Of a stretch of DNA of 64,000 bases, positions 61,772 to 64,000 are shown piece by piece; position 1 is the stretch's first letter; each line of letters begins with the position of its first letter. Where the stretch lies: NCBI RefSeq assembly GCF_006345805.1, contig NC_043017.1, forward strand, positions 7,564,001-7,628,000, given 5' to 3'. The notes under the pieces were generated by a model that was not told the DNA's origin, did no database searches, and worked only from the letters and a program-made list of their open reading frames with translations. The position numbers and the translations under genes were made by a program. Origin of the DNA: Octopus sinensis. Its lineage: Eukaryota.

Positions 61772-64000
61772 CTGTGAGTAGAGAAATCATTGTCAATAAA
61801 TAAACTGTTAAGATTTTCAATGTTAAATAATATCAGGCATTATAAACAACAATTAGCTTAGTGAGCAGCCATGTTATATAGACACAAAAAAAAATTCAGG
61901 ACAAACACCAAAGTGAGATCTCTACCAGTGAATGTCAACAATAACAGTAATTACTATCTTGGGTCCTGGGACTTATAGGGCTGGTTACCCAGATTCTATG
62001 GTTTATCAGTAACTGAGGTCACAGCATTCACCCTGAATGGGACACCAGTCCATCACAGGATGACCCATTTACAGTCGAACTGACCAGAGTAATTGAAACA
62101 CAAGTGGGGACAGAGGCCACATGTTAGGAAACCCAACATCCTGCATTACATGTTGGGCCTTGACCTGGAATGCACAAGGAATGTGCAGGAGGTAGGATAC
62201 CAAAGCAGATTTGATAAGGCAGAAAGCAACTGGAGAGACATAGAAATGACCATCCAGAGTTAAGAACAGGGAGAAAAAGTTGTTGATGGACTATGCTTCA
62301 TAGGGAATGAAGGGCCTTAAAGAAGAAGAGACATGAAGTGGTCACATCATCATCACCATCGTTTAACGTCCACTTTCCATGCTGGCATGGGTTGGACAGT
62401 TTGACTGAGCACTGGCAAGCCCAGAGGCTGCACCAGGATCCAAGCTGATCTGGCAAGTTTCTGCAGCTGGATACTCTTCCTAACGCCAATCACTCCAAGA
62501 GTGTAGTGGGTGCTTTTTACGTGCCACCAGCACGGGAACCAGTCAGGTGGCACTGGCAGTGACCATGCTCGTACAGTGGATGGAGACTGTAAAGGTAAGC
62601 TTTCAATATTATCCTCTTCATTTGACAACCGTTAATGACATCTGACAAAGTTATCTTCATGTTGTTGATATCTATCTACCAATAATTTGTAACTTTTATA
62701 TAGCATGTATGTATTATAGATTTGTTAATTACCTTTTTCCTACCAAATATTTTTTTAAAAAATACTTCTGTAATCAGCCCAATATCAAACAGGTGAGAGT
62801 AGAAAAGCATAATCTGAAACTGATTTACAAACTGTCAAGTCTTTATTGATCTCAGCTGGTTTTCACTCATTTTATTTATAAGTTATAAACAATTTAAGGA
62901 AGGCGAATAGCCAGGTGATTAAGGTATTGTGCTCCTGATGATAAGATTCTGGTTTTGATTCCTGAACAGGGAAGTGTGTTGAGTTCTTGAGCAAAGTATT
63001 TTATTTCACATTGCTCCAGTCCACTTAGTGATAAACAAGTTCCAGCAACGGACCAGCATTCTGATCAAAGAGGGAATGTTAGAATCTCAGTCTCTTACAT
63101 GCCACAGAAACCGGGTTAAGCTTTGGTTCCATGGATCCTAAGACTCATCACAGGCCTATATAAAATTTGTTTTACTTAAATTTTATATTCTTTTACTTGT
63201 TTCAGCAATGACTGCAGCCATGCTGGAGCATCGCCTTAAATGGTTTTAATTGAAGTCAATCCCAGGACTTATTTTTCGTAAACCTAGTACTTATTCTATC
63301 AGTGTCTTTTGCTGAACTGCTAAGTTACAGGGACAGAAAAACACCAACATTGGACACAAAGATACACACACACACACACATATATACAACAGGCTTCTTT
63401 CAGTTTCTGTATAACAAATCCACTCACAAAACTTTGGTTAGCCCGAGGCTATAGTAGAAGACCCAAGGTGCCACACAGTGGAACTGAACCACTACTCAAG
63501 GTGCCACACAGTGGGACTGAACCCAGAACCACATGGTTGGGAAGCAAGCTTCTTACTATACAACCACGCCAATGATAGTGCCACATAGAAAACACCCTAA
63601 GGTGGTTGGCATTAGGAAGGGCATTTGGCCATAGAAAACTAAGTCAAAACAGACTATGGAACTTAGTGCAGCCCCTGACCTTACTAGCCCTTGTTCAGCT
63701 GTCCAACCCATGCCAGAATGAAAAACACGTTTAAATGACGACAATGATTTAGGTTATATAAGAATCAATTGATAAAGTATACAGGAACCCATATATATAT
63801 ATATAAATGTGCCCATGTTTATGCCTAATCTCTTTATATCACATAACTTAGTAGTTTGACAAATAGATATCAATAAAAATGTACCAGACTGAAGGTTGGA
63901 GATTCACTAAAAATCTTTGAAGGCAGTGCCACAACAAGGCTGCACTCCAATGAGTGAAACTAGTAAAATGAAAGAATGAATGTTACTTACTGTAATTTGG

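Noticed and set aside
61772-64000. Further upstream PHIP exons
   Set aside because: No segment resembling the BRWD N-terminus with proper splice sites was found; the region is mostly SINE and LINE remnants.

Overview
This is AT-rich eukaryotic genomic DNA. Its microsatellites and tRNA-derived SINEs look like those of an octopus or other coleoid cephalopod (inferred from recalled repeat sequences, not searched). One protein-coding gene dominates: a minus-strand PHIP/BRWD1/BRWD3-family gene (WD40 propeller, cryptic Tudor domain, two bromodomains, low-complexity tail). I reconstructed 29 GT-AG exons by hand, from 61771 down to the stop at 13943. They splice into one uninterrupted frame of 5363 nt (about 1786 residues); the 5'-most exons lie beyond the window. 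Introns and flanks hold four SINE-like families, CR1/L2 and RTE LINE fragments, piggyBac- and mariner-type MITEs, a Penelope-like end and simple repeats. I found no rRNA, true tRNA, CRISPR array or second gene, and most of the ORF track is microsatellite noise. The best leads are: (1) a 78-bp SINE fold-back hairpin beside the bromodomain-2 exon, whose arm can alternatively pair across that exon; (2) a degenerate minimal hammerhead ribozyme in a Penelope-like end on the pre-mRNA strand; (3) a composite CR1 plus locally templated insertion inside a MITE; (4) a canonical Asn in bromodomain 2 where human PHIP has Thr; (5) a candidate 66-nt poison exon. None of these is a demonstrated new system; they are testable hypotheses. 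Repeat coordinates are approximate.
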